DNA from: an uncultured Thermoleophilaceae bacterium
GTDB lineage: Bacteria; Actinomycetota; Thermoleophilia; Solirubrobacterales; Thermoleophilaceae
Assembly: GCA_963825345.1 (NCBI GenBank)
Contig: CAWGSQ010000008.1
Location: 11,063-75,062 of the forward strand
Reading direction: 5' to 3'
Length of the DNA stretch: 64,000 nucleotides
In this document: one piece after another, positions 63,641 through 64,000 of the stretch
Position numbering within the stretch: position 1 is the stretch's first letter
How the letters are laid out: every line of letters begins with the position of its first letter
The notes under the pieces: model-generated
What the model was told of the DNA's origin: nothing
Seen by the model: the letters and a program-made list of their open reading frames with translations, nothing else
Database searches by the model: none
Made by a program: the position numbers and the translations under genes

Positions 63641-64000
63641 CTACGGAACGGCGGTGATGCGGTTGGTCGGCGCCGGCCCGATCGGCGCTCCCGCGAGCGT
63701 GGGCTCGAGGTAGCGGACCAGCGAGTCGACGTCGAAGTCGGGCAGCGAGGTCCGGTTCGTGCCCGCACGCAGCGACTGGAACCCGTCCCCGCCGTCGGCG
63801 AGGAAGTTGTTCGTCGTCACCCGGTACGTGGCCGCCGGGTCGAGCGGCACGCCGTTGATCTGCACGTTCGACACGGGGTTCGGCACGCCCGGGCCGCAAG
63901 GCGTGTCCGAGATCGCCGTGGCGGTGGCCCGGCTGAACGTGTACGTCAGCGTGCTCGAGGGCAGCAGCACCACCTGCGCCTCGAACACGGGGCCGCACCA
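63641..64000 (-). CDS. 5'-nucleotidase/metallophosphatase C-terminal domain protein (gene continues past the right edge)
   Basis: The C-terminal sequence ...YRVTTNNFLADGGDGFQSL... is the 5'-nucleotidase C-domain motif. The frame is open to position 64000. Confidence 0.7.
   Translation of the reverse strand, partial: WCGPVFEAQVVLLPSSTLTYTFSRATATAISDTPCGPGVPNPVSNVQINGVPLDPAATYRVTTNNFLADGGDGFQSLRAGTNRTSLPDFDVDSLVRYLEPTLAGAPIGPAPTNRITAVP

Overview
High-GC (about 70% by eye) actinobacterial-type chromosomal segment. It is densely packed, with about 70 protein-coding genes and 3 tRNAs (Pro-TGG, Arg-TCT, His-GTG). I found no rRNA, CRISPR array, transposase or intact integrase. All family names come from reading the translations and recognising motifs from memory; no database search was run.

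Main blocks, left to right:
- 1-14.7 kb: sulfatase fragment, PLP enzyme, EamA exporter, secreted hydrolases, a PHP protein, an RTX-repeat protein, aconitase (acnA), a DnaC/DnaI-like ATPase, and an odd LPXTG protein.
- 14.9-21.2 kb: a beta-oxidation set (3-hydroxyacyl-CoA dehydrogenase, enoyl-CoA hydratase, acyl-CoA dehydrogenase, thiolase) split by a Ser/Thr kinase and an acidic repeat protein.
- 21-29 kb: mixed housekeeping genes (rhodanese, NUDIX, nicotinamidase, GNAT, OsmC, PduO-type adenosyltransferase, DUF1015, DUF1326/DUF2182).
- 29.4-39.9 kb: a tRNA-rich stretch with a lower-GC sugar gene pair, a roughly 1400-aa secreted S8 protease, a PAS-GGDEF-HD-GYP protein, and a tRNA-His followed by a duplicated tRNA 3' end that bounds a 330-bp low-GC scar.
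- 41.8-44.4 kb: an ArsR / MBL-rhodanese / TauE sulfide-persulfide operon with a perfect palindromic operator.
- 44.6-49.6 kb: two inverted ECF sigma paralogs, one of them frameshifted, that share an upstream DNA box.
- 50.4-52.3 kb: a DrrAB-type ABC exporter.
- 52.9-63.6 kb: a 10-gene purine-degradation operon in which all nine junctions are 4-nt start/stop overlaps.

I see no recognisable defense or toxin system. The most unusual items are:
- the orphan protein with a lasso-leader-like N-terminus and an LPXTG tail (13935-14366);
- the protease signal peptide encoded upstream of any canonical start codon;
- the tRNA-His att-like scar;
- the sigma-paralog box and frameshift.

Many very long ORFs in the supplied track are antisense or out-of-frame shadows typical of high-GC DNA, and I rejected them.
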